Assembly (NCBI RefSeq): GCF_009914755.1
Contig: NC_060936.1
Direction: 5' to 3' (one strand)
Length of the DNA: 64,000 nucleotides
Source: the human T2T-CHM13v2.0 reference genome, Homo sapiens
Shown here: positions 1-17,594 of the stretch, in pieces
How the letters are laid out: every line of letters starts with the position of its first letter
Numbering within the stretch: position 1 is the first letter of the stretch
The notes under the pieces: generated by a model
What the model was told of the DNA's origin: nothing
Database searches by the model: none
Seen by the model: the letters and a program-made list of their open reading frames with translations, nothing else
Translations under genes and position numbers: made by a program

Positions 1-540
1 CTTTAAGTAATGAAAGTATAATACACAACAGAAAAGTGGACAAATGCTAGAAAAGAACCTGATGAACCTTCACAAGGCAAACATGCTTGTGTAGCCAGTA
101 TGCAGATGGAAGAGCAGAATGTTCTCAGCTCTCCAGAAACCCCCTCATATCATCACGGCACTTCACAAAAGAGCAATCAATATTCAGAGTCTAACACTAC
201 AGGTTAGCTTTGCCTGTTTTCAACTTTATATAAATAGGATCATAGAATCATACAGCATATATGTAAGATTAATTTATTTAGTGGTGAAAAGAAAAGCTCA
301 TTTATTGTTATTATATTTTAGAACATCATTGTGTAGATACACCACTATTTATCTGTCCTGTTCTTGAATTGATGTTTGGGTTGTTTCCTGTATTTTTTCT
401 ACTGCAAATAGTGCTATGAATATTCTTGTACACATTTTCTGATGGACAGTGTATGAGTGGAGTTGCTGGGTCATGGGTCATGCCTATACTGGTTTTAGAA
501 GTGCTGCCAAATGATTTTCATAATTGATTTTGTCCTAAGG
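1..540 (-). mobile_element. Old L1M (L1ME/MD-like) 3' fragment
   Basis: Characteristic tttgggttgtttcc...aatagtgctatgaatattcttgtacac. Confidence 0.6.
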
Positions 541-1664
541 ATTGAATATTTCAGATATTATATACCCAGAATAAATCCGTTATCTCCCCAGTAGAATAAA
601 AAGGTTTCTCTTTTTTATTGCTTATATCTCCCACCTGTGCTCTTCATCCAAAATTTATTTTTATATGTATGGAGGGTACTTTTATTCATTTCATACTCAA
701 CATGTATTATTACATTGATCAAAATCTTTACTGCATTCACTCCAAAAATAGAATCTTGACCGGAGTGAAATTCTTTTCAAGTATGCTTTATTCTCTTCTT
801 TCTTTATCCAGATGCCACAGGCACATTTGTTAGGAGTTCTTACATTGTAATGTTGCTCTTCATGTGGCTGCCTTTCATTTATGTATGCTGAAACATTGTT
901 CATGAACATTGACATGGTAGTCAAAGATGTCATAGTCATACCCTTTTGTTAAAAATTTTTTCCTGGGGTGGGAGGGAGACACACGACTTTGCTTCAATAT
1001 TGCCACAGCAAGCAATTACTGTTGCACAGTGCTGTAATTGTTATTCCTAGTTGGACCAGCTGACTCAAACCCTAGAAAACCATGTGTGATAGAATATATA
1101 CTGCCAACCCAGTAGTTTTCTGTAAAGGAAGCCCATTGTGAAGACTAATTTTCCACTGTAGACTTTTGAATAAAGTCTCTCTTCATTCTTTGAGAGATTC
1201 CTCTATCCCACAGATATGCATAAGTTAAAGTCTTGCATTACTCAGCTGAAATGTTATGTGAACATATGCAAGCAAAAAGTCTCCAAATAATGTCCTCATG
1301 TGTTTGGCGGACTTGTATTTACTTCTTGATTGCATCACTCATATGCTCTAGCTATCTCTTCTACCATTTTATCCGCTGGGGATAACACTTACCCTGTCAT
1401 CCATTCCCACTGTTAATGTTTATCAACGAAGAGAACAAAATAATCTATATTTTGTTCTTCTTCCATGAAATACCCTGTTTTTTAAATATATGTAATATTA
1501 AGCAGTTTATTAGTACATACTCTGGAAATACATAGCTCATGATCTTCAAAGCATTAGGGAAAAAATCTTTTGTTGAGAATGAACGCTTTAATTTAATATA
1601 GGGGCATTGTGGTATAATACAGTGGTGGCTGACATTCAGAGTTCCAGAAATTATTTTTCTACAG

Positions 1665-1756
1665 AAGTAATGTGGAAAATATGACTAGAAGTGAAATCAC
1701 TTTCCACCTTTTAAAACTGAGCATAATTATCCACATTTACTGTTATCCACAAACTG
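1665..1756 (+). pseudogene. Candidate first coding exon: ATG at 1681, MTRSEITFHLLKLSIIIHIYCYPQT, ends in phase 1
   Basis: Acceptor ttatttttctacag|, donor CTG|gtaaga, A at -3 of the ATG; hydrophobic core (imperfect, contains K and H) followed by a plausible cleavage after IYC. Confidence 0.55.
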
Positions 1757-2299
1757 GTAAGAAATAAAAAATCTCCTAAATTGATTTTAAGTGTGACTGA
1801 TTAATATTCTTTAAATGTTACAATACTGGATCAAGACAGCCAGAACTGGCAAAAAAGCAAGAGTTATGCTTTAACGATGTTTATTTTACTCTAGTTTGAA
1901 TTACTTGTGTCTGATGTTCAATCCCAGGAAGTCTGCTGTTTTCCTTTTGCATGTTGTGATAGGTGTCTAATAATACCTACGTTATGAAGGTTGATTAAAT
2001 AGCAAATAAGAGGAATTTCCTGCTACTGTATTGTTCATGTCTGTTCTAACTCTAAATGCTCTGCCATTTTTCTTCCCTCTTTTTCTTTCAATAAGTTATT
2101 TGAAAATCTTTAATATTTCCCTTCACTATTATATTCAAGCAAAGCCGACTGTTTAGAGAGCCTCTAATTAGCTTCATTCAGAGAGCAATATTTTTTCTTT
2201 TTATATTTTTATTTTCCCGAGAGGGCAAAATCTGTTGTAAATTGGTAGCTGGTACAGTTAACACCTCACTTGGACATTCATGGAGGGAGACCAGGGTTT

Positions 2300-2750
2300 A
2301 GAGATGCTAGCCCAATCTCTTGGTTGCTGTGTCATTATGATAAAATTACTAAAATGTATCAGTTTCTTAATTGATAAAACAATACCTGTAATAATGGCTC
2401 ACATTTACCAAGCCAGGAACTATTCTAAGCACTTTATTTACATCAACTAATTTAATATTTACAGGAATCCCTGTGCTAGGTATGATTCTGCTCCCTGATT
2501 TACAGACAAACAGAAAATACTATTATTATCTCAACTTTGTGGATAAAGAATGGAGATCCAGGGAGGTGAGATTACTTGCCCAAGCAACACAGCTAGTAAA
2601 TGGCAGAGCTAGGAGATCAACTGGAGCGCACTAAACTATCTCTTAAGCAGGTTAGGTTGTGAGAATTAAAGAGATAATTCTGTGAAACACACATCACAAC
2701 AGTAAATTTACCTAATAAGTGCTCAATAATTGGTGATTATTATTATTTTC
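2300..2750. mobile_element. Cluster of MIR fragments in both orientations
   Basis: MIR core motifs (acttgcccaag..acacagctagtaaatggcagagct; gttgtgagaattaaa). Confidence 0.7.
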
Positions 2751-3534
2751 ATTGAGCCAGCAAGGAAGGAATAAGGCATGTCGGTGAGCATAGGAGGTAA
2801 GATGTCTGTCATATTCATTGCAGATATCCCTCCCATACCTAGAGCAGTGCTTTAAATGGATGAATGATGCATGCATAAAGAGTCATCTTAAGGCATCATT
2901 AAACTGGACAAAATTGATAGAAACCCTATATAAGGGTACAAAGTGTTTTAAGAGTATCATGAATGTCCTGATTCAATTAATGGTCCTTAATGTTTCTAGA
3001 GTGACAATAAAGTTGAGAAAGGGTTGTAGGATTAGGAGAAATAAAAATAGGCTATGAGAGAAGTCCTTAAAAACGTTACTATAATAATAATTTTGTCAGT
3101 TTGTTTTATTAATTGTAATTATGTCTACTAGAAAAAAGGGATTAAAAAAGAATGAAAAGAAAAGACAGGAAAAGAAACCCACAATAAGATGTTAAGTAGC
3201 TGTAAATTTCTCATAGTCAAAAGAATGATCATGGTTTGGGTTCCTGGATTTAAAAAATGATGATTATTCTGTCTTCAGAAATTTTGTAAATCTGCAGCTA
3301 TTTCCAATTACTTGTTGAATGAATATCAGAAATAATGCTAACGTAAAATTTTTTGTCAATTCTTCTTTCTATGAGAAGATTCACTCCTTTGAAGTGTATA
3401 TATTCACACAAATACTTCTAAGAGCAATAGTGCTTTATAAAATAGTAATTTTAGTTTAATAGCTGTTTTGTTTTCCTTGGCTGATAATAATAAAATACCT
3501 CATTTAATTAAAGAATGCATTTTATTTTTTATAG

Positions 3535-3561
3535 TTCAGGATAACAAGTCAGCTTTTATAG
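3535..3561 (+). pseudogene. Candidate 27-nt micro-exon (V)QDNKSAFI
   Basis: ttttattttttatag| ... TAG|gtacat; open only in phase 1. Confidence 0.45.
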
Positions 3562-3631
3562 GTACATGTAACTCAGCAGAAAAAATTATTGAACTATTGA
3601 AAAAGAGACAATTTATTTGTGCTTTTCTTAG

Positions 3632-3679
3632 CTCATGTGTGTTAGTCATCTGTAAGTTGCTCATACAGAAGAAAAAAAG
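3632..3679 (+). pseudogene. Candidate 48-nt exon (A)HVC*SSVSCSYRRKK with an in-frame TAG in phase 1
   Basis: Strong acceptor ttgtgcttttcttag|, strong donor AAG|gtaaga; length is a multiple of 3. Confidence 0.5.
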
Positions 3680-4100
3680 GTAAGACCTCAGCATTAAAAT
3701 AAGCATAGTCTCAATATTAAATCTCTTAAAAGTCCTGGGGTGGTTAAAACTTTTAATTCTTGAATGTTAGACTGTAATAAGTTTGGCTAATGCTATTTTT
3801 TTTTTGATGAGAGAATTAGATCATTAATTTCTGTAAAACTATTTTCTGAACTGCACCCCAAATTTTATGCCTTTTTTGGTATAAAGAAAGTTTAATTCTA
3901 AACAAAAATGAATTAAGGAAAATATGTAACAGTATGGTCATGATCACTTGCTTTTAAATAGTGGAAGAGAATGTCATCACAAGTCAAATTTGCTTAAACA
4001 ATTACAATTGCTATAGACTGATTCTACTTGACAAATTTCTGCTTTCAGTATGCCAGTAAAGAAAAAGACAGGAATTTTTCCTGTTTGCTTTATTTATTAG

Positions 4101-4130
4101 TTTCAGCCTTGACAAAAAAATTACAAATCT
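4101..4130 (+). pseudogene. Candidate 30-nt micro-exon (V)SALTKKLQI
   Basis: ctgtttgctttatttattag|; weaker donor TCT|gtatgc. Confidence 0.3.
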
Positions 4131-4359
4131 GTATGCACATGGAAAAATGCATGTATAACAATCAAATTGGTTTATGTGCTGTGAATACCTTGTATGTGTA
4201 TTTTAAAATTAGATACAACTAAACTATCAGGAAGAAAAATATTAGAGTTGATACAACTTAAGTTTTTATTATTTTCTTTGAGACAAATTAACCACTAGTA
4301 CTTTATCCTCAAACATAAATAAAAAATTAGAATTCAAGGGTTTTCAGTGAAACATTTGC

Positions 4360-4540
4360 TAACATTCATGTGTTTTTGATTTGCCAGGCACTGTTCTAAG
4401 TGCTTTCCATATTTTAACTAATTTAATCCTCATCACAAACTTATGGGGTAGTTATTAATTATTCCTATTTTTAAGATGAGGAAATTGATGCACACAGAGG
4501 TTAAGGAGCTTTTCCAGGGTGACACAGCTAGTAAGCAATT
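4360..4540 (-). mobile_element. MIR
   Basis: gccaggcactgttctaag...gatgaggaaattga...acacagctagtaag. Confidence 0.75.
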
Positions 4541-4874
4541 AATTATTAATTAATTACAATTAATTACTAAAACATTTGGGGAACCTTTTTGTGCCAGGCC
4601 TATCTTAAGCAGCAGGGATGCAGAAGTGAATAGAATAGAAGGGAATAAAACATATTGAGGGTTTACGATTTTAGATAGGGTGGCCTGCAAACTTTCACTG
4701 GGAGGGTGACTGGGGTAAATAAGGAATTAGTGAAAAAGATCTTTCTCTGCTATGTGAAATGAAGGAATATTTCTAGGTATGGAGACCTTTAGGAAAAAAA
4801 AACTATTTGGTGATAAAGCAGCTTGGGTTGATGATTAATTATAAAATATTAACAGCAACCACAGTGCTGGTCCT

Positions 4875-5341
4875 AGATATTTTTTGCTTGCTCCTCTGGA
4901 TCCCCCGTCTGCAGTTCTTCATGCTCCCTGTGCCCCAGGAGTTTGAGAAGTATGTGCTACTTCAATGAGCCATGTTGGCCTTTGGCTGCTGGTTTGGTTT
5001 GGCCAATATGAGTCCCAGCAAGAGCTGAAGGGAAGGAGGAGAGAGAGGGCAGGTGTTCATCCCCTTGCCACCTCCCTGAGGGGGTCGCCATTGGCTGGCT
5101 GCTTCTTTCTACCAAAGGCTGTGACTTCAGTCAGGTGGCTCCCTCCACAGGACTCTATCCTTTTGTTTCTCATGACTGTTCTTTTTCATCCCCTTCAGGC
5201 TTAGAATGGTAAAGATGTCCTCTTAGTACTAGGGGTGCAATTTCCATAGACCCCACCCACTCCTTTGGAAGGAATCCCTTAAGAGACAAATGCCAAATTT
5301 GAGTGTGATTTCCGTTTCCTAATGTGATCCTGACTGACACA
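4875..5341 (+). mobile_element. ERVL solo LTR (LTR33-like)
   Basis: Ends tttgagtgtg...tttcc...cctgactgacaca. Confidence 0.55.
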
Positions 5342-5924
5342 GTTGACATATTAGCTACTTGGCTCTGTGAGTCTTCAGTGTAATGATTTTGAATTTGCTT
5401 GTCATCATAAAGTCCTCCAAACCAATGAAACTGTATAAAAGTGTGTATTTATTAGGTATCTTTTTTGGGGGGCAAAAACCGGAAAGCTGGCTAGACAAAT
5501 TCTAAAAGAGCTGTAACATATTAGGTATCTAATACACTCAGTGCTTGCACTTTCCCTCCATTCTATCCCACTTTTAAACTGTTTATATGATTGACTCTGA
5601 AATCCCCTTAAAATTAACCTTGTCTTCAGAATAGTTTGGGTGACATCTGAGGACACTGCGGATGGACATTGTTGGAGCAAGGAAGTACTCAAATAAGTGG
5701 TCATTTCGAAAAGAAGCAGTACTTTTACTTCCAGGGAACAATTTTAGGAAATGTTAGGAAGCTGGAGACAAATTCCTGAAAAGTGAGACTAATGGAATTT
5801 TTAAAGGAACAATCAAACGTTCTTTTACCTTAAAAACCACGAAGGATAAGATTTTGAGAAAATCATTTTCAGTATTTGTATAACTTCAGGGGAATTATAG
5901 ATCATCAATGGCATATAAATGATA

Positions 5925-6170
5925 GAGGCAATATACTTTAGAGGTTAAGCATATGGGCCCTGGAGACAGAATACCTGGGTTTGAATGCCTACTCTGCCAC
6001 TTACTTGTTGGTTGACCTACCTTGGGCAGATTTCTTATTCTTATTCTTACAATAGTTCAGTTTCTTCGTCTGCACAATGGGATAACTTCCCTCCAAGGAT
6101 GGTGTTGTGATAAACAAACAAATTAACACACGAAAAGCAATTAGAACAGTGCTTGACATGTAATAAGCAG
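5925..6170 (+). mobile_element. MIR
   Basis: cctgggtttgaat...ctctgccacttact...cttgggcag...cagtttcttcgtctg. Confidence 0.75.
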
Positions 6171-6358
6171 TAGGAAAAATAGGTTTAAAAAGACATTTTA
6201 AAATCCAATCCAAATGAAATAATGAAAAATTATGTAGCTACAGAAATTAGAATGTTTTATAATAGCATTTCAAAAAATGTTCTAAAGATTGCTCAGTGTT
6301 GACTTTTTTATTACAGTATTATTAAAATATGTATAAATATTAAGTTAGATTTAAACTT

Positions 6359-6429
6359 CCAATGCTTGCTATATGACCATAAATCTAACATATGACCAAT
6401 GGTTGCTATATGACCATAAATCTAACATA
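6359..6429. repeat. 37-bp tandem duplication
   Basis: ccaatg(c/g)ttgctatatgaccataaatctaacata occurs twice. Confidence 0.85.
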
Positions 6430-6716
6430 AATGTACAAAACTACAAACCAATAGAATATGAACTTGAGACATATATTTAATGTAATAGATACGTGGCTGA
6501 AAGGAAATTGTTGCTTGTTATGAATACTATTATAGCATAGAATCCTTTGGGTTTGATGTACCTATAAAATCTTATAATGGCTCAATTTTACCACCTTTTT
6601 AAAAGCTTGGATAATAAGGAAATCTTTGTGTAACCTGCCATGATACCGTTTTTGTCTTTACTTGGCCCAGATTAATCATTTTGGTACTCAGTACATTTTC
6701 GTTCCTTTCTCATTAG

Positions 6717-6792
6717 GCAATGACAAAGCAGTACTTCTTGCTGACAGTGTACTCATAAATACAAGCACAAACCCAAGCAGAAAAACCGAGCG
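6717..6792 (+). pseudogene. Candidate 76-nt exon NDKAVLLADSVLINTSTNPSRKTE
   Basis: Strong acceptor gttcctttctcattag|; open only with a phase-1 start; weak donor GCG|gtagta; LLADSV loosely resembles VFTDYV. Confidence 0.4.
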
Positions 6793-7165
6793 GTAGTATT
6801 CAGTTAGAAGATCATTCAAATGATCCTCAATCTCTTTTTTAATTATCTTATTTTTATCTAAGTAAACACATGACACTAAAAAAGAATCCACAGAGAACTC
6901 TCAGACCCTGAAAAGCTTCCAAGGATCAGTTTCAGAAACAATGATTTACAGTACAGAATTTTCCCCTCAGAGACTGTAGATATTCATTAAACTAACTTCA
7001 GTAAAATTTTAGTGAAAACATATCTGATAGTCATGAAGATATTATGAGGCAGGTAAAGAATGAATACTTTAAAGAACAAAAAATGTGTTAAATGGATTTC
7101 TGGGAAACAATGCTATATGGAGCATTATTTACACCTTATAAATAATGCAATTTTCTAAATCATAA

Positions 7166-7312
7166 TTTTTTTTTAATTTTTAATTTTTATTTTTATAGGC
7201 ATGGGTTCTCACTAAGTTGGCCTGACTGGTTTTGAATTCCTGGCTTCAAGCAATCCTCTTGCCTCAGCCTCCCAAATGCCTGGGATTGCGGCTGTGAGCC
7301 ACCACACCTGGC
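7166..7312 (-). mobile_element. Alu left monomer (FLAM-like)
   Basis: Single arm with T tail. Confidence 0.85.
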
Positions 7313-7369
7313 CCATAGGAATTCCTTTTAACCAATGAAATAATACTGTAATAATTTAAAAATGAGATG

Positions 7370-7698
<329 letters not shown>

Positions 7699-8082
7699 TA
7701 AAAATGAGATGACAGATATATCACAGCCGCACAAACACTATATGTGCTTAAGAGTTTAAAAACATGTTAAGGTTCTGACTCATGTCATTCAATTTTGATC
7801 TACATTGTTGCATTTCTACAGTAAACCGAGAGTAAACTCAAATTTACTCAGTAAAATGAATCTTTAGCACTATCTTTCAAATAATCAGCAAGATATTAAT
7901 GTCCTGATTTTCCATTAAGATCATTGTAGACATTATTCACCTAAGTGGGAAAACTGGAAAAATGAAAATTTGATCAGAAAATTAGGCTTTTAATTTTGAT
8001 TTTAAAAAGTTTATTGCTATATGGATGCTACCATTAAGAGAAGTATTTCTACTAACATCTAATAAAAAAAGTTCCACATACA

Positions 8083-8253
8083 GGACGGGTGCAGTGGCTG
8101 ATGCCTGTAATCCCAGAACTTTGGGAGGCTGAGGTGAGAGGATCAGTTGAGCCCGGGAGGTCAAGGCTGCAGTGAACTGTGGTCGAGCCACTGCACTCCA
8201 GCCTGGGTGACAGAATGAGACCCTGTCTCAAAAAAAATAAAAAAAATAAAAAT
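8083..8253 (+). mobile_element. Alu monomer (FRAM/FAM-like)
   Basis: Single arm; TSD AAAAAGTTCCAC(A/G)TACA. Confidence 0.85.
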
Positions 8254-8329
8254 AAAAAGTTCCACGTACAACAAAACAAATGAGAAGTAACTTCAATATC
8301 AATGATCAATGTCACTATCAATAGCATCA

Positions 8330-8550
8330 TGACAGTAGCTAACATTTATTCGCTTTTCTGCCAAATGACAGACACATGCTAGTTGCTCTATCTGGGTTTT
8401 CTAATCGAATCCTCGCAATAACCTTGCGATTAGGTACTATTACACCCATTTTGCTGTTAAATAAGTAGGGTAGCCTGCCTGAAGTTACATGACCAGTGAA
8501 TAGCACAGGTGAAATTTGAACCTGGGCAACGTGACTACTGAGCCTGTTTA
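8330..8550 (-). mobile_element. MIR
   Basis: MIR core. Confidence 0.6.
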
Positions 8551-10994
8551 TGTGACCCTAGGATGAGAAGTTTCCTAAAATAGTTCACTGATTGGACCAC
8601 TACGTACAAGTAAAATATTTTTTTCTGTCCCATTAATAACCCCCTTCTCAATATGGACTTCTTACACAGTTACTAGCTGAAACCATAAATAAGGCCTCCA
8701 TATATTAGTATTTAGATTGAACTATTGAGAATGTCATTGCTAATAAAGTATAAAAAAGTCATTAATATCCCGTATTTAATAAATTTGCAGTTATTGAGAG
8801 TACTAATTTTTTTCATTCTCACCATTAAATATAACTTTTATTGGTGTGTCTTACATGCTCTTTATGAACTTGAGGAAGTTCCCCCCATTCCTAGTTTGCT
8901 GAGAGTTTTTTTTTTTTTTTTAATCCTTAAGTTCTGGAATACATGTGCAGAATGTGCAGGTTTGTTACATAGGTATACATGTGCCATGGTAGTTTGCTGC
9001 ACCCATCAATCCATCATCCATATTAGGTATTTCTCCTAATGCTATCCCTCCCCTAGCTCCTCACCCCCCGATAAGCCCCAGTGTGTGATGATTCCCTCCC
9101 TGTGTCCATGTATTCTCATTGTTCAACTCCCACTTATGAATGAGAACATGTGGTGTTTGGTTTTCTGCTCCTGTGTTAGGTTGCTGAGAATGATGCTTTC
9201 CAGCTTCATCCATGTCCCTGCAAAGGACATGAACTCATCCTTTTTTATGGCTGCATAGTATTCCGTGGTGTATATGTGCCACATTTTCTTTATCCAGTCT
9301 ATCATTGTTGGGCATTTGGGTTGGTTCCAAGTCTTTGCTATTGTGAATAGCGCCCCAGTAAAGATACGTGTTCATGTGTCTTTATAGTAGAATGATTTAT
9401 AATCCTTTGGGTATAGAGCCAGTAATGGGATTGCTGGGTCAAATGCTATTTCTGGTTCTAGATCCTTGAGGAATTGCCACACTGTCTTCCACCATTTACA
9501 CTCCCACCAACAGTGTAAAAGCGTTTCTATTTCTCCACATCCTCTCCAGCATCTGTTGTTTCCTGACTTTTTAATGATCACCATTGTAACTGGTGTGAGA
9601 TGGTATCTCATTGTGGTTTTAATTTGCATTTCTCTAATGACAAGTTATGATGAGCTCTTTTCCATATGTTTGTTAGCTGCAAAGATGTTTTAGAGAGGTA
9701 TCTGTTCATATCTTTTGGCCACTTTTTGATGGGGTTGTTTTTTTCTTGTAAATTTGTTTAGGTTCCTTGTAGATTCTGGATATTAGACCTTTGTCAGATG
9801 GATAGTTTGCAAAAATTTTCTCCCATTCTGTAGATTGCCTGTTCACTCTGAGGATAGTTTTTTTCTGTTATGCAGAAGCTCTTTAGTTGAGTTAGATCCC
9901 ATTTGTCAATTTTGGCTTTTGTTGCCATCGCTTTTGGTGTTTTAGTCATGAAGTCTTTGCGCTTGCCTATGTCCTGAATGATATTGCCTAGGTTTTCTTC
10001 TAGGATTTTTATGGATTTAGGTCTTATGTTTAAGTCTTTAATCCATCTTGCGTTAATTTTTGTATAAGGTGTAAGGAAGGGGTCCAGTTTCAGTTTTCTA
10101 TATACGGCTAGCCAGTTTTCCAACACCATTTATTAAATAGGGAATCCTTTCCCCATTGCTTGTTTTTGTCAGGTTTATCAAAGATCAGATGGTTGTAGAT
10201 GTGTAGTGTTACTTCTGAGGCCTCTGTTCTGTTCCATTGGTCTGTATATCTGTTTTAGTACGAGTAGTATGCTGATTTGGTTACTGTAGCCTTGTAGTAT
10301 AGTTCAAAGTCAGGTAGCGTGATGCCTCCAGCTTTGTTCTTTTTGCTTAGGATTGTCTTAGCTATACAGGCTCATTTTTGGTTCCATATGAAATTTGAAG
10401 TAGTTGCTTCTAATTCTGTGAAGAAAGTCAGTAGTAACTTGATGGGGATAGCACTGAATCTATAAATTACTTTGGGCAGTATGGCCATTTTCAGTATATT
10501 GATTCTTTCTATCCATGAGCATGGAATGTTTTACCATTTGTTTGTGTCCTCTCTTATTTCCTTGAGCAGTGTTTTGTAGTTCTCCTTGAAGAGGTCCTTC
10601 ACATACCTTATAAGTTTTATTCCTAGTTATTTTATTCTCTGTGTAGCAATTGTGAATGGGAGTTCACTCATGATTTGGCTCTCTGTTTTTCTGTTATTGG
10701 GGTATAGGAAATCTTGTGATTTTTGCATATTGGTTTTGTATCCTGAGACTTTGCTGAAGTTGCTTATCCGTTTAAGGAGATTTGGGGCTGAGGCAATGGG
10801 CTTTTCTAAATGTACAATCATGACATCTGCAAATAGAGACAATTTGACTTCCTCTCTTCCTATTCGAATATCCTTTATTTCTTCCTCTTGCCTGATTGCC
10901 ATAGCCAGAACTTCCAATACAATTTGAATAGTAGTGGGGAGAGAGGGCATCCTTGCCTTGTGCTGGTTTTCAAAGGGAATGCTTCTAGCTTTTA

Positions 10995-11156
<162 letters not shown>

Positions 11157-11430
11157 TCATTGTTTCTGTTTATGTGATGGATTACGTTTATTGATTTGCA
11201 TATATTGAACCAGCCTTGCATCCCATGGGTGAAGCTGACTTGATGGTGGTGGATAAGCTTTTTGTTGTGCTGCTGGATTTGGTTTGCCAGTATTTTATTG
11301 AGGATTTTTGCATCGATGTTCATCAGGGATATTGGCCTGAAATTTTCTTTTTCTGTTGTGTCTCTGCCAGGCTTTGGTATCAGGATATGTTGTCCTCATA
11401 AAATGAGTTAGGGAGGATTCCCTCTTTTTC

Positions 11431-17594
<6,164 letters not shown>

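Noticed and set aside
2761-2796. 36-nt AG/GT segment with a strong donor
   Set aside because: Abuts a MIR end, has a poor acceptor and a stop in phase 1
3468-3683. 71-aa ORF as a single-exon gene
   Set aside because: Non-ATG start, and it reads through two candidate exons and their intron
7013-7052. Candidate exon ENISDSHEDIMRQ, with a look-alike at 58491-58512
   Set aside because: Good donor, but the phase does not fit the phase-1 series and the similarity is too short to trust
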